A stretch of 59,642 bases of DNA from Lentisphaerota bacterium (GCA_003246475.1 QKAL01000135.1:1-59642), one strand, 5' to 3'; shown: positions 1-8,852, counted from the first letter of the stretch. Notes: a model not told the origin generated them from the sequence alone. Program-made: numbers and translations.

Positions 1-2
1 GG

Positions 3-101
3 CGACGCAACGGCGAGGACATCGCCGGCGCCACCAGCGCCTCCTACACCGTGCAGAACGTCCAGTTGAACGTCAACGACGGCATCTATACGGCAATGGT
101 A
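3..101 (+). other. Partial ORF entering from the left edge with an Ig-like repeat signature (fragment)
   Basis: Frame 3 reads RRNGEDIAGATSASYTVQNVQLNVNDGIYTAMV, the NG-x-I-x-GATS-x-x-YT-V-x-x-V-...-D-x-G-x-YT strand pattern of bacterial Ig-like repeats. After nt ~101 the frame becomes Gly/Arg-rich text and stops at 162-164. Confidence 0.3.
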
Positions 102-390
102 CGGGGTGGCGGTAGGGGGACAGCCGGTATTTCAAGACAATTCCCGCGATTCCGAAACCGTTGAGCCAGGCGGCGATGTCATGGCCCTCGTAGGTGGAAC
201 AGAGACAGCCGTAGCCGCCGCCGGGGCAGATGAGAACGGCGGCGCCGGTAGCATCGGCCGGTGACGGCAGGTATACGGTGAGATTGGGAATATCTTCCGG
301 TTTTTCTCCGAGGGCGTTGGGAACGCCGTTCGGCCATAGATGCAGGGAAAATTCCTGGGGGCGTTGAGATGGTAGCGAGTTTTGCGACAT
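73..390 (-). pseudogene. 5'-only fragment of an alpha/beta-hydrolase (esterase/lipase fold-3 type), truncated after about 100 aa
   Basis: N-terminal region with the oxyanion-type motif VLICPGGGYG and KYRLSPYRHPVPL, as in esterase/lipase family members that normally run ~280-320 aa. The Ser nucleophile GxSxG region is absent. The ORF ends in unrelated PYRCRR text where the plus-strand Ig-like frame begins. Confidence 0.55.
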
Positions 391-615
391 TATTCTGAAT
401 ATCCTTAAAATTAAGTTAATTTATGCATGATACCATCGTTTAAAATAATCTGGCCCGCGTGTAAAATCAAGCCCGGCGGTATGGCAATTGTATTACTGAT
501 TTTTGGGTAGAGTCGAAAAACAGCGGGAAAATGATATGACGCTGGCATTTTTATTTTACCGGCAATATATTGTTCCGGCGTTCGGCCGCAGGATTAAGAA
601 CAACAGAGATGATAT

Positions 616-1641
616 ATGAGCGAGAAACGAACAACCATTACCGACATTGCCAAACGGCTGAACGTCTCGATGAATACGGTCAACAAGGCGCTTTATGGCA
701 AGAAAGGCGTCGGCGAGGAGTTGCGGGCGAAGATTCAGGCAACGGCCAAGGCGATGAACTATCAGGCCAACCGGGTGGCGCAGAGCATGGCCAGAAACCC
801 CGTCCTCATTGGAGTGCTGGCAACGCGCGAATGGGAGATCGTCACCGATGACTTCCGCAAAGGTATCCAGCGCGCCCTTGACCGCTTGCGTGATTATAAT
901 ATCCACGGCAAGTTTTATCCGGTAAGTTCGCGGAACTGCCGTGTGGATATTGAGGCTCAGCTGGCGCGGGCTGTTGCCGATGGAGTCAATGCCATTGTCT
1001 GCAATCATGTTGAGCTGGAATCCTGCGATGCCCGTATGCTGGCGGAAAAAAGTATTCCCTTTGCCTTTCTCGGTACCGACGTGCTTCTGCCGCAGCGACT
1101 GACCAGTGTATACAGCAATGGAGAAATGGCCGGGCGGCTGGCGGCCGAGCTGTTAGGCGGCATGTTGCCAGCCGGTGGCAGGATTGCGGTGGTGACCGGC
1201 AGTCGGGAGTATCGGGACTGCGAAGACAAAGTTCAGGGGTTCCTCTCTTCTGCCGCGGATTTCGGACTTGAAGTTGCCGGCATATACGAACATTTCGACT
1301 TGCCTGAACAGGCAGCACGGTTGGTCGACCAGGCGGTTGAGGCGCATCCTGGCCTGTGTGGTATTTACGCTACCACTGCCAATTCCCCGGAGATCTGCCG
1401 CCGGATCGTTGAACTTGGATTGCAGGACCGGTTGAAGATCATTGCTACCGACATCTATGGCGAAATCCGTCAATATCTGCGCGATGGCATTATCAAGGCT
1501 GCGCTGTATCAGGATTGTATTCGCGAAGGGGAAAAGATCATCGAACTGATCTATTCTCACCTTTGCGAAGGGAAGAAGATCTCTTCTCAGGTGTTGATCC
1601 CTCCCGTGATCGTTCTCCGTAACAATCTGGAACTATTTTGA
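616..1641 (+). CDS. LacI-family transcriptional regulator
   Basis: N-terminal HTH TITDIAKRLNVSMNTVNKALYG followed by a periplasmic-binding-protein-like sugar-binding core. 341 aa, sitting directly upstream of the catabolic operon. Confidence 0.9.
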   Translation: MSEKRTTITDIAKRLNVSMNTVNKALYGKKGVGEELRAKIQATAKAMNYQANRVAQSMARNPVLIGVLATREWEIVTDDFRKGIQRALDRLRDYNIHGKFYPVSSRNCRVDIEAQLARAVADGVNAIVCNHVELESCDARMLAEKSIPFAFLGTDVLLPQRLTSVYSNGEMAGRLAAELLGGMLPAGGRIAVVTGSREYRDCEDKVQGFLSSAADFGLEVAGIYEHFDLPEQAARLVDQAVEAHPGLCGIYATTANSPEICRRIVELGLQDRLKIIATDIYGEIRQYLRDGIIKAALYQDCIREGEKIIELIYSHLCEGKKISSQVLIPPVIVLRNNLELF

Positions 1642-1651
1642 TTTGACCCGA

Positions 1652-1680
1652 TTGCATTTTTTTGCGATGTCGTTTATAAT
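1652..1680 (+). promoter_or_regulatory. Near-consensus sigma70-type promoter candidate for the 1741-8799 operon
   Basis: TTGCAT (1652-1657), a 17-nt spacer, then TATAAT (1675-1680). The -10 is embedded in an AT palindrome TTTATA-A-TATAAA (1673-1685). Confidence 0.4.
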
Positions 1681-1682
1681 AT

Positions 1683-1708
1683 AAAAAGGGAAGCGCTTCC
1701 CTTTTTTT
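1683..1708 (+). terminator. Rho-independent terminator-like hairpin after the lacI-family gene (bidirectional shape)
   Basis: A5-GGGAAGC/GCTTCCC-T7: stem at 1688-1701, T run at 1702-1708, located 42 nt after the stop codon at 1639-1641. Confidence 0.55.
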
Positions 1709-1740
1709 AACGATTTTGAAATATACAGAGAGGAAAGACA

Positions 1741-2535
1741 ATGATACGATGTGGTAACGGAGAGTTGAAACGGCGCATTGCGGCACGCGAGTTTCTGGTG
1801 GCGGGTTGTGTGATGGACAGCCGGAGCGGGGCGGTAATAGAGGCCTACAAGGATGCGGGATATGACTTTGTGATGATTGACCGCGAACATACGGCATTGA
1901 ACAGCGAGACTATTCTGGAGCATATCCGGGCGGCTCGGCTGTTGGGACTGCCGAGCATGGTCCGGGTGGCCGACAACACCTATGCGGAACTAAACCGGAC
2001 GCTGGATCAGATGCCCGACGGTATTTTTGTTCCCCGTATCCGTACCCGTGCGGAGGTGGAAAGGATAATTGAGACGGTAAAATATCCGCCGAAGGGTAAG
2101 CGCGGGGTCGGGGCTTCAACCTGTCCGGCCGGTAGATACATGGGTTGGGAATCGGTCGCGGAGATGGTTCGGACTTTGAATGGGACTACGGTTATCGGTA
2201 TCCAGATCGAGACAAAAGAAGCCCTGGAAAACCTTGACGATATTCTTTCGGTACCGGGTATTGATGTAGCTGTGGTCGGCAACGACGACCTTTCAACCGG
2301 CATGGGGATTCCCGGGGAGTTCTATAGTGATACTTACCGCAATGCTGTTAAGGACGTTATCAAATGCTGCAATAAGCATAATGTTATGCCGGGTATAGCC
2401 GCGGGCAAGCCGGAGCTGGTTAAGTTTTGGGCGGAGTGCGGAATGAAGATGTTCTGGGCTTCGGCGGACATTTGTCTGCTGTGGCAGGGCGCGAAGGAGA
2501 ATTGCGCGGCGGTCAGAAAAGTTCTGGAGGCGTAA
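1741..2535 (+). CDS. HpcH/HpaI-family aldolase (2-keto-3-deoxy-acid aldolase type)
   Basis: Motifs DFVMIDREH and IQIETKEALENLDDIL and a length of 264 aa fit the family. RBS GAGAGGAAAG lies upstream. Confidence 0.85.
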   Translation: MIRCGNGELKRRIAAREFLVAGCVMDSRSGAVIEAYKDAGYDFVMIDREHTALNSETILEHIRAARLLGLPSMVRVADNTYAELNRTLDQMPDGIFVPRIRTRAEVERIIETVKYPPKGKRGVGASTCPAGRYMGWESVAEMVRTLNGTTVIGIQIETKEALENLDDILSVPGIDVAVVGNDDLSTGMGIPGEFYSDTYRNAVKDVIKCCNKHNVMPGIAAGKPELVKFWAECGMKMFWASADICLLWQGAKENCAAVRKVLEA

Positions 2536-2537
2536 CC

Positions 2538-3347
2538 ATGCTGGCGGAAAAGATCGCTTTGTCACAACCGTCCCCCGGCGAGCTGGCAGTGTTCTATCTG
2601 GCGCAGGCGGGATTCCTGATAAAAAATTCATCCGGGCAGACGGTCTGTATCGATCCTTATCTGAGCGATTGTTGTGAGCGTATGTTCGGCTTCAAGCGAA
2701 TGATTCCGACATTGTTGCGTCCGTGTGAACTGGAGACCGGTTTTTTGGTTGCCACCCATTCGCATGCCGATCACCTCGACCCCGATCTGCTGGGCTTGGT
2801 TGCGAAAAACAAAGAGACTCGCTTCGTTGGTTCTCCGGATTGCCTGCCGCTATACGTGCAGGCGGGGGTCGCGGCGGAACGTCGAGTCACTCTGGCGGCC
2901 GGAGACAGCATTTGCCTCGAAGGTATCGAGTTCCGGGCGGTTTATGCAGACCACGGCGAGCTGGCCCCGGATGCTGTCGGTATGTTGCTTAACATTGACG
3001 GCATGACAATCTACGATACCGGCGATACCTCATATTGCCCCGAAAAGATAATGGACTCTCTCGGCAGCGTAAAAATCGATATTATGATTGTGCCGATTAA
3101 TCCGGCATTCGGTAACCTTGGACACGAAAACGCGGTAAGATTGTCTGAACTGATAAAGCCTCAAGTTGTTATTGGCAGTCATTTCGGGATGTTCACCGCG
3201 CATGGCGGCGACCCGGCTGCTTTTCTTGAATGTGCCGGAAAGACGTTGCCGCCAGGAATCACCCCGCTGATAATGGCGCCGGGGGAGCGGCTGAACTATT
3301 CGCGTGAACATGGAATTGTGGGGCAGGAAACCTTCAAGCAGGAGTAA
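2538..3347 (+). CDS. MBL-fold metallo-hydrolase (UlaG-like / COG2220 lactonase-type)
   Basis: HxHxDH motif ATHSHADHLD and N-terminal FYLAQAGFLIK...CIDPYL. I place the start at ATG 2538, 2 nt after the upstream stop, rather than at the track start 2427, which overlaps the aldolase gene. Confidence 0.75.
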   Translation: MLAEKIALSQPSPGELAVFYLAQAGFLIKNSSGQTVCIDPYLSDCCERMFGFKRMIPTLLRPCELETGFLVATHSHADHLDPDLLGLVAKNKETRFVGSPDCLPLYVQAGVAAERRVTLAAGDSICLEGIEFRAVYADHGELAPDAVGMLLNIDGMTIYDTGDTSYCPEKIMDSLGSVKIDIMIVPINPAFGNLGHENAVRLSELIKPQVVIGSHFGMFTAHGGDPAAFLECAGKTLPPGITPLIMAPGERLNYSREHGIVGQETFKQE

Positions 3348-3352
3348 AAAAG

Positions 3353-4009
3353 ATGGGGAGTTTTTTCGAGGATTCACGGGAACTGCGGCAGGAGATCATC
3401 GATACTTGCCTGCAACTGACAAAACTTGGTTTATGCATTGCCACCTGGGGCAATATTTCAGTTCGACTCAAGGAAGGGATGTTGATAACGCCTTCGCGGA
3501 TGGAATATGACGCGATGCGCCCGGAAGATATGGTAGTGGTGTCGCTTGAGGGGAAAACGTTAGCCGGAGACCGGTTGCCGTCGTCAGAAACGGCGCTGCA
3601 CCGGGCATTGCTGAAACGCCGTCCCGACATTGCCGTGCTGCTTCATTCGCATGCGCCGTATGCATCGGCGTTGGCTTGTGCACATCGTTCATTGCCGATT
3701 TTCGTTGAAGACATGGCCCAGATCATCGGCGATACGATCAACTGTACCGCCTATGTTCCTGGCGGACGTCATCAAGATCTGGCCGATGCCGCCTGTTCGG
3801 TCATCGGCGATGTGTCGATGGCGGTATTGCTGGCAAATCACGGCGTAATTGCCGGGGGCTCGTCTTTGCAGGAAGCGCTCACTGCTACGCTGGTGCTGGA
3901 AAAGGCGGCATTTATTCAGGCGACGATGGGTGACTCCATCAAGTCGATTCCCGCGGATCAGGTGGAGGAGGAACGACATCGTTATCTCTACAAATACGGC
4001 AAGGAGTGA
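3353..4009 (+). CDS. Class II aldolase/adducin-family protein (FucA / AraD / UlaF-like aldolase or epimerase)
   Basis: GNISVRL, PSSETALHRALL and LLHSHAPYASALA (metal-binding His cluster). 218 aa, with AGGAG 9 nt upstream. Confidence 0.85.
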   Translation: MGSFFEDSRELRQEIIDTCLQLTKLGLCIATWGNISVRLKEGMLITPSRMEYDAMRPEDMVVVSLEGKTLAGDRLPSSETALHRALLKRRPDIAVLLHSHAPYASALACAHRSLPIFVEDMAQIIGDTINCTAYVPGGRHQDLADAACSVIGDVSMAVLLANHGVIAGGSSLQEALTATLVLEKAAFIQATMGDSIKSIPADQVEEERHRYLYKYGKE

Positions 4010-4015
4010 TGCGAT

Positions 4016-5008
4016 ATGGGACGAAAATATGATCTGATTTCGCTGGGCGAGCCGTTGTTGCGGCTTTCGCCGCCGGAGTTCCGGCCAATCCGGGCGACCG
4101 ATTCTTTCGATGTCCGCATTGTCGGTTCTCAACTGAATGTCTCGGCCAACTGTGCGCGGCTGGGAATGCAGACCGCATTTCTCACCAAGCTGCCGGATTC
4201 TCCACTTGGCGAACTGGTTCTCGACAACTGCCGCGCCTATGGGGTGGATGTGAGTAATATTCCGCTGATTTCCGGTTCGCGTATGGGAACGACCTATGTG
4301 GAGTTCAGCGTTGCGCCGCGTCAACCCAAGGTTGTCTATGATCGTACCGACAGTGCCGCCAGTACCGTTGCTGTCGGCGATTTCGACTGGGACATGCTGG
4401 CGTCGCAGACCTCCTGTTTATACACTGACGGCATCTTTCCGGGGTTAAGTGATTCCTGCCGTCAAAGTACCGCGGCATTCGTCGCGGCGGGACGCCGTCA
4501 CAACTGCATCATCGGGTTTGACCTTAATTTTCGGTCGCATCTCTGGACTCCCGCCGCCGCTCTGGCCTCCTGGTCGGAGCTTTTGCCGAACATCGATCTG
4601 CTGGTGACCAACCGGAACGTATCCGAACAGGTTTTCGGCTTCAGCGGTTCCGATGAGGAACTGATGCGCAGATTTCATCGTGAATTCGGCTGCAAGGTGG
4701 TTTGTTTCACCAGTCGGGATATGGATGGGTTGCAGAAGGGCGGGTGGCATAGCAAGGCGCTGGCCGACGGGATGATATACCATGGCGTAGACTGTGAATT
4801 TGACATTATCGACCGTTATGGAACCGGCGACGCCTGGTTTTCCGGGTTTCTAAGCGGCTATCTGTCTGACGGCGTGCAATATGGGCTGGATCTGGGTAAT
4901 GCGGTGTGTGCGCTGGCCCATACCGTCAATGGCGACGTCATTAGTTTTTCGCGGCGCGACGCGGAAAACATTATGGGTGGGAAAGTTGAATTGAGCTTAA
5001 AGCGTTAA
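4016..5008 (+). CDS. PfkB-family sugar(-acid) kinase, 2-dehydro-3-deoxygluconokinase-like
   Basis: N-terminal ISLGEPLLRLSPP and C-terminal DRYGTGDAWFSGFLSG (PfkB signature 2). AAGGAG RBS upstream. Confidence 0.85.
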   Translation: MGRKYDLISLGEPLLRLSPPEFRPIRATDSFDVRIVGSQLNVSANCARLGMQTAFLTKLPDSPLGELVLDNCRAYGVDVSNIPLISGSRMGTTYVEFSVAPRQPKVVYDRTDSAASTVAVGDFDWDMLASQTSCLYTDGIFPGLSDSCRQSTAAFVAAGRRHNCIIGFDLNFRSHLWTPAAALASWSELLPNIDLLVTNRNVSEQVFGFSGSDEELMRRFHREFGCKVVCFTSRDMDGLQKGGWHSKALADGMIYHGVDCEFDIIDRYGTGDAWFSGFLSGYLSDGVQYGLDLGNAVCALAHTVNGDVISFSRRDAENIMGGKVELSLKR

Positions 5009-5024
5009 AGATAAGGAAACAGAC

Positions 5025-5702
5025 ATGAGAAGTGACAGGAATTTACGTGAAACAGTAATCGAACTGACCAAAGCTACTGGCGTGCTGCCATGCATCAAGC
5101 TGCATGAGAAGGCGGATTTTCTGGCTTACGCCAAGGCGATGTATGATGGCGGTGCACGGGTGATCGAAGTGACCATGACCACGCCCGGCGTCCTCGAGGC
5201 CATCGAGATGATCTCAACCGAATTCAAAGGAAAATTGTATGTTGCGGCAGGAACGGTGCTTGATCCGGCGACGGCCCGTGAAGTAATCCTGCACGGCGGC
5301 AGCGTGATCGTTTCCCCGACCGTCAACCGGGAAGTTATTGCTACGGCCAACCGTTACGGCGTGCCGGTCTATTCCGGTGCTTTTACCGCCACCGAATGCC
5401 TGACCGCCATGGAAGCCGGTGCGGCGATGGTAAAGGTATTCCCCGCACAGCTTGGCGGTCCCAAATATATGACCAATCTGCGGATGGTTTTCCCGGAAGT
5501 CAACCTGATACCTTCCGGTGGTATCTCCACCGAAAACGCCGCCGAGTTCATTCGTTGTGGCGCTTGTGCGGTTTCCGGCGCGCGTACCTTCATGAATCTG
5601 GACAAGATTCGCGAGGAAGGTCTGGGCTGGATCACCACTCAGGTCGCCAAATATATCAAACTGGTTCAGGATGCCAAGCAGAATCTTCCGGATCTGCCGT
5701 AA
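5025..5702 (+). CDS. eda: KDPG / KHG (Eda-type) class I aldolase
   Basis: GARVIEVTMTTPG, MVKVFPA and IPSGGIS motifs. 225 aa, directly after the PfkB kinase. Confidence 0.9.
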   Translation: MRSDRNLRETVIELTKATGVLPCIKLHEKADFLAYAKAMYDGGARVIEVTMTTPGVLEAIEMISTEFKGKLYVAAGTVLDPATAREVILHGGSVIVSPTVNREVIATANRYGVPVYSGAFTATECLTAMEAGAAMVKVFPAQLGGPKYMTNLRMVFPEVNLIPSGGISTENAAEFIRCGACAVSGARTFMNLDKIREEGLGWITTQVAKYIKLVQDAKQNLPDLP

Positions 5703-5724
5703 ACCGATGACGGAGGAAAAGAAT

Positions 5725-6714
5725 ATGGGGCCCACAGTTTTACGTGTAAATGCCAGGACATTCCCGATCCGTGCGGAGGAATGCCGGTGGCTGAATTCGG
5801 TGAATGCCGAAATCATCGAAGTCGAAGTGGCGGAGGAATGCAGCCAGCTCGACAGGATAGACGCGGTAATGATCGCTTCGGCATATCTGAAAGCTGACAT
5901 CATTAAAAAGATGACCCGTTGTAAATTGATTTCACGTATGGGAAATGGTTGCGACAAGATTGATATTCCTCAGGCAACGGCACAGAAAATCATGCTGGCC
6001 AATGTTCCCGATGCCTCGACCAGCGAGGTTGCCGATCATACATTGGCTCTGCTGTTGTCTGCGGCGCGCAAACTTAAATTCTATGAGGGACAGATGCGGT
6101 CAGGCCAACGTCCCTTCGATACTTCCGGCGTCCGGCGGCTTTCGACCCAGACGTTGGGCGTGTTCGGTTTCGGTCTGATTGGCCGGGCGGTGGTGGAACG
6201 GGCGAAAGTTTTCGGTTTTCGCATTATCGTCAGCGATCCTGCGCTGACACCGGAGATTGCGACAAAGTATGGCGTTATTCCGGTCGACAAGGATACGTTA
6301 CTGGCTGAATCCGATTATGTCTGTCTGCTTTGTCCGCTGTTGCCGTCGACCCGCAGGATGATCGGTGCTGCGGAATTTGGCAAGATGAAGAAAACCGCTG
6401 TTCTGATCAACACTGCCCGCGGCGAACTGGTTGACGAACCGGCGATGGCCGAGGCGGTCAAAAATGGGATCATTGGCGGCGCCGGAATTGATGTCTATGG
6501 CGATGTCAATGTTTTTGCCACTGGCGGCTTTAACTGTGATCATCCCATGTTCGGGGCGGAAAATATCCAGATGACTCCTCATGTGGCGGCTAATTCCGAA
6601 GAATCGCTGGAGGAAATTCATACCCGTGCGGCTCAGGCTGTTGCGGATGTCTTTTCCGGCCGCGAGCCGGAACATTCCGTCAACGGACTTCGCGTCAGTG
6701 ACCTCAAATTTTAA
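5725..6714 (+). CDS. D-isomer-specific 2-hydroxyacid dehydrogenase family (NAD-binding)
   Basis: GVFGFGLIGRAVVERAKVFGFRIIVSDP (GxGxxG...D), TARGELVD and MTPHVAANSEES. The start is ambiguous: ATG 5725 has GGAGGA 8 nt upstream. ATG 5707 and the track start 5671 are alternatives. Confidence 0.85.
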   Translation: MGPTVLRVNARTFPIRAEECRWLNSVNAEIIEVEVAEECSQLDRIDAVMIASAYLKADIIKKMTRCKLISRMGNGCDKIDIPQATAQKIMLANVPDASTSEVADHTLALLLSAARKLKFYEGQMRSGQRPFDTSGVRRLSTQTLGVFGFGLIGRAVVERAKVFGFRIIVSDPALTPEIATKYGVIPVDKDTLLAESDYVCLLCPLLPSTRRMIGAAEFGKMKKTAVLINTARGELVDEPAMAEAVKNGIIGGAGIDVYGDVNVFATGGFNCDHPMFGAENIQMTPHVAANSEESLEEIHTRAAQAVADVFSGREPEHSVNGLRVSDLKF

Positions 6715-6729
6715 TAGAATGGTGAATTA

Positions 6730-7782
6730 ATGAAGACTATGAAAGCGGCACGGCTGTTTGCTCCGAAAGATTTGCGTATCGTTGACGTTCCGATCCCGGA
6801 ACTCGGTCCCAAGGATGTACTCTGCCAGGTTAAACGCGCCGGCATCTGCGGTACCGATTACTCGATCTACTCCGGAGAATTTTCCTTTGTCAAGAACGGC
6901 GGAGTCACCTTTCCGTTTACGCCAGGCCATGAATGGTCCGGAGTAGTGAATGCGATAGGCAGCGACGTCCGAAATTTCCGGATCGGTGACCGGGTCGTCG
7001 GCGACACCTGCGTAACTTGCGGCGATTGCATCGAGTGCCTTCTCGGCGAGTATCACCGGTGTCAGAAGATGCGCTGTGTCGGTACCATCAACGCCTGGGA
7101 CGGCGGTTTTGCAGAATATACCGTGTTTCCAGAACGTCATTTATTCCGTCTGCCGGATAATGTTGATTTCGATGCCGGGGCATTTGTTGAACCTGCGGCG
7201 ACTTCGCTGTACGCCGTAAAAAGCGCCATGGTTGGGATCGGCGATACAGTTCTTGTTCACGGGTCGGGGCCGCTGGGACTGCTGGCCGCTAAACTTTCCA
7301 AACTTTCCGGTGCATCCCGAGTGATCGTGACCGGCCGCAAGGATGCCAAGCTGGAGATTGCACGGCAGTATGGCGCCGACGCTGTGGTCAACACAACCCG
7401 CGATGATTTGAAGGAAGCGGTATTGCGCGCCAACGGCGGCCGTCGCGTCGATCGTGTGGTGGAAACTTCCGGCGCTATTTCGTTGCTTACTGCCTCATTT
7501 GACCTGGTCCGTTCCGGCGGTGCGATTTCGGCTGTGGCTTTCTACGATTGCGAGATCGAACGTATGGAGATCGATAAGCTGGTGTTCGGGAATGTTATTC
7601 TGCGTGGCTCGTCAGGCAGTACCGGTATGTATGTCCCGGTGCTGGCGTTGATGGCGGCCGGAAGCCTTGATGTTACTCCTCTGATCAGCGGACGTTATGC
7701 CTTTAACGATATTTTTCGCGGTTATACCGATATGAAGGCGAAGAACGATATTCGGATTAAATGGCTGGTCGATTTCGAATAA
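6730..7782 (+). CDS. Zinc-dependent medium-chain alcohol/polyol/sugar-acid dehydrogenase
   Basis: GICGTDYSIYSG, GHEWSGVV, the structural-zinc Cys cluster CVTCGDCIEC and GSGPLGLL. Confidence 0.9.
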   Translation: MKTMKAARLFAPKDLRIVDVPIPELGPKDVLCQVKRAGICGTDYSIYSGEFSFVKNGGVTFPFTPGHEWSGVVNAIGSDVRNFRIGDRVVGDTCVTCGDCIECLLGEYHRCQKMRCVGTINAWDGGFAEYTVFPERHLFRLPDNVDFDAGAFVEPAATSLYAVKSAMVGIGDTVLVHGSGPLGLLAAKLSKLSGASRVIVTGRKDAKLEIARQYGADAVVNTTRDDLKEAVLRANGGRRVDRVVETSGAISLLTASFDLVRSGGAISAVAFYDCEIERMEIDKLVFGNVILRGSSGSTGMYVPVLALMAAGSLDVTPLISGRYAFNDIFRGYTDMKAKNDIRIKWLVDFE

Positions 7783-7794
7783 GGAAGAGGTTGT

Positions 7795-8799
7795 ATGGAA
7801 AAATATCTGGACACGATGGCGGAGATCGGCAAGCCGCTGGTACGGCTTAAAAACGTATATGTTCAGCCATTCAGCGGGCGTGTGATGGGATTGTGTCCCC
7901 GTGAAGCACTTAATGTTTTGTGGCTCCACCCGGGACTTGATTCCCGCTCCGGCGCGGAAAAGCTGGTTTCGGGGGAGGTATGGACTAATCTTGGCGGCGA
8001 TCGGACCTGGTTGTCTCCTGAATTGGAACTGTTCATCACCGACCTTGCCCGTCCGATGGAGACTTACCGTCCGCCTCCCGCTTTCGATCCCGGAGATTAT
8101 CGTGTGTTGTCACGAACCGATGATGCCATCGAGATGGAAACTGCGGTCAAAGTACGATTTTACCGGAGCGGATCTACAGAGGAATTTGTGTTGAACAAGC
8201 GGATCACGGTTCTTGACGCACCGGATTTTCCGTTACCGTCAGGAGTTGCGGCGGCCGGATACTCATTGCGCTGCCGTTTGACGGCAATGACAGAGTTAAG
8301 TTCCGGTGTGTGCCCGGCCATCTGGAACCTGTTGCAGGTTCCAGGCGGCGGCGAAATCGTGGTGCCGCGCCGGGACCGTGCTGTGCCGGTTGCATTTTTC
8401 GGTCGGCAGCAGTATGAGCAGGATGATTCTGTCATTCGGGCATCGGTGCCGGTAGCTTCCGATGCCTATAAGTTCGGGATTCGACCGGAGTATTGCCGCG
8501 GCGTGATGCTTTATTTGCAATTGAAGGCGGCGCAACCCTATATGATTGTCCGGCTTTTTGACGTTGGCTGGCCGGAAGACTATTGCGACGTACCGTTCAC
8601 CGATCCGTCTCAACCGGCCTGTGCACAGCAGATTTATGTCGACGACGGCAGTTACGGCGGCTTCGGCGAATTGGAGTATCATTCTCCGGTAATGGTTGCC
8701 GGTGGGGAAAGCTGCATTACCGATGTCTGTACGACCTGGGCTTTTTCCGGTCCGGTGGAAAGCTTGCGACAACTGGCTGACCGGTTCATTGTCGGCTGA
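7795..8799 (+). CDS. Uncharacterised protein, last gene of the operon (possibly mutarotase-like beta-sandwich)
   Basis: 334-aa ORF with RBS GGAAGAGG, 12 nt after the ADH stop. I recognise no catalytic motif. NLGGDRTWLSPE resembles the GGxKxWxAP segment I associate with DUF4380/aldose-epimerase-like proteins (weak). Confidence 0.65.
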   Translation: MEKYLDTMAEIGKPLVRLKNVYVQPFSGRVMGLCPREALNVLWLHPGLDSRSGAEKLVSGEVWTNLGGDRTWLSPELELFITDLARPMETYRPPPAFDPGDYRVLSRTDDAIEMETAVKVRFYRSGSTEEFVLNKRITVLDAPDFPLPSGVAAAGYSLRCRLTAMTELSSGVCPAIWNLLQVPGGGEIVVPRRDRAVPVAFFGRQQYEQDDSVIRASVPVASDAYKFGIRPEYCRGVMLYLQLKAAQPYMIVRLFDVGWPEDYCDVPFTDPSQPACAQQIYVDDGSYGGFGELEYHSPVMVAGGESCITDVCTTWAFSGPVESLRQLADRFIVG

Positions 8800-8828
8800 T
8801 CCGTCTCCGTATCGCCTCTCTTTGCGCT

Positions 8829-8852
8829 CCGGGCTGGAAATTTCCAACCCGG
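8829..8852 (+). terminator. Candidate operon-end hairpin (weak U tract)
   Basis: CCGGGCTGGAAA / TTTCCAACCCGG, a 12-bp inverted repeat with one mismatch, 30 nt after the stop. It is followed only by TATATTTT. Confidence 0.3.

Noticed and set aside
408-422. Perfect palindrome AAATTAA-G-TTAATTT upstream of the hydrolase fragment
   Set aside because: It is AT-only in an AT-rich spacer next to a truncated gene. Chance occurrence is plausible and it lacks the CG-centred LacI-type consensus.
5214-5957. 247-aa ORF antisense to eda and the dehydrogenase start
   Set aside because: A codon-aligned shadow of eda (5214-5025 = 189), with no motif or RBS.
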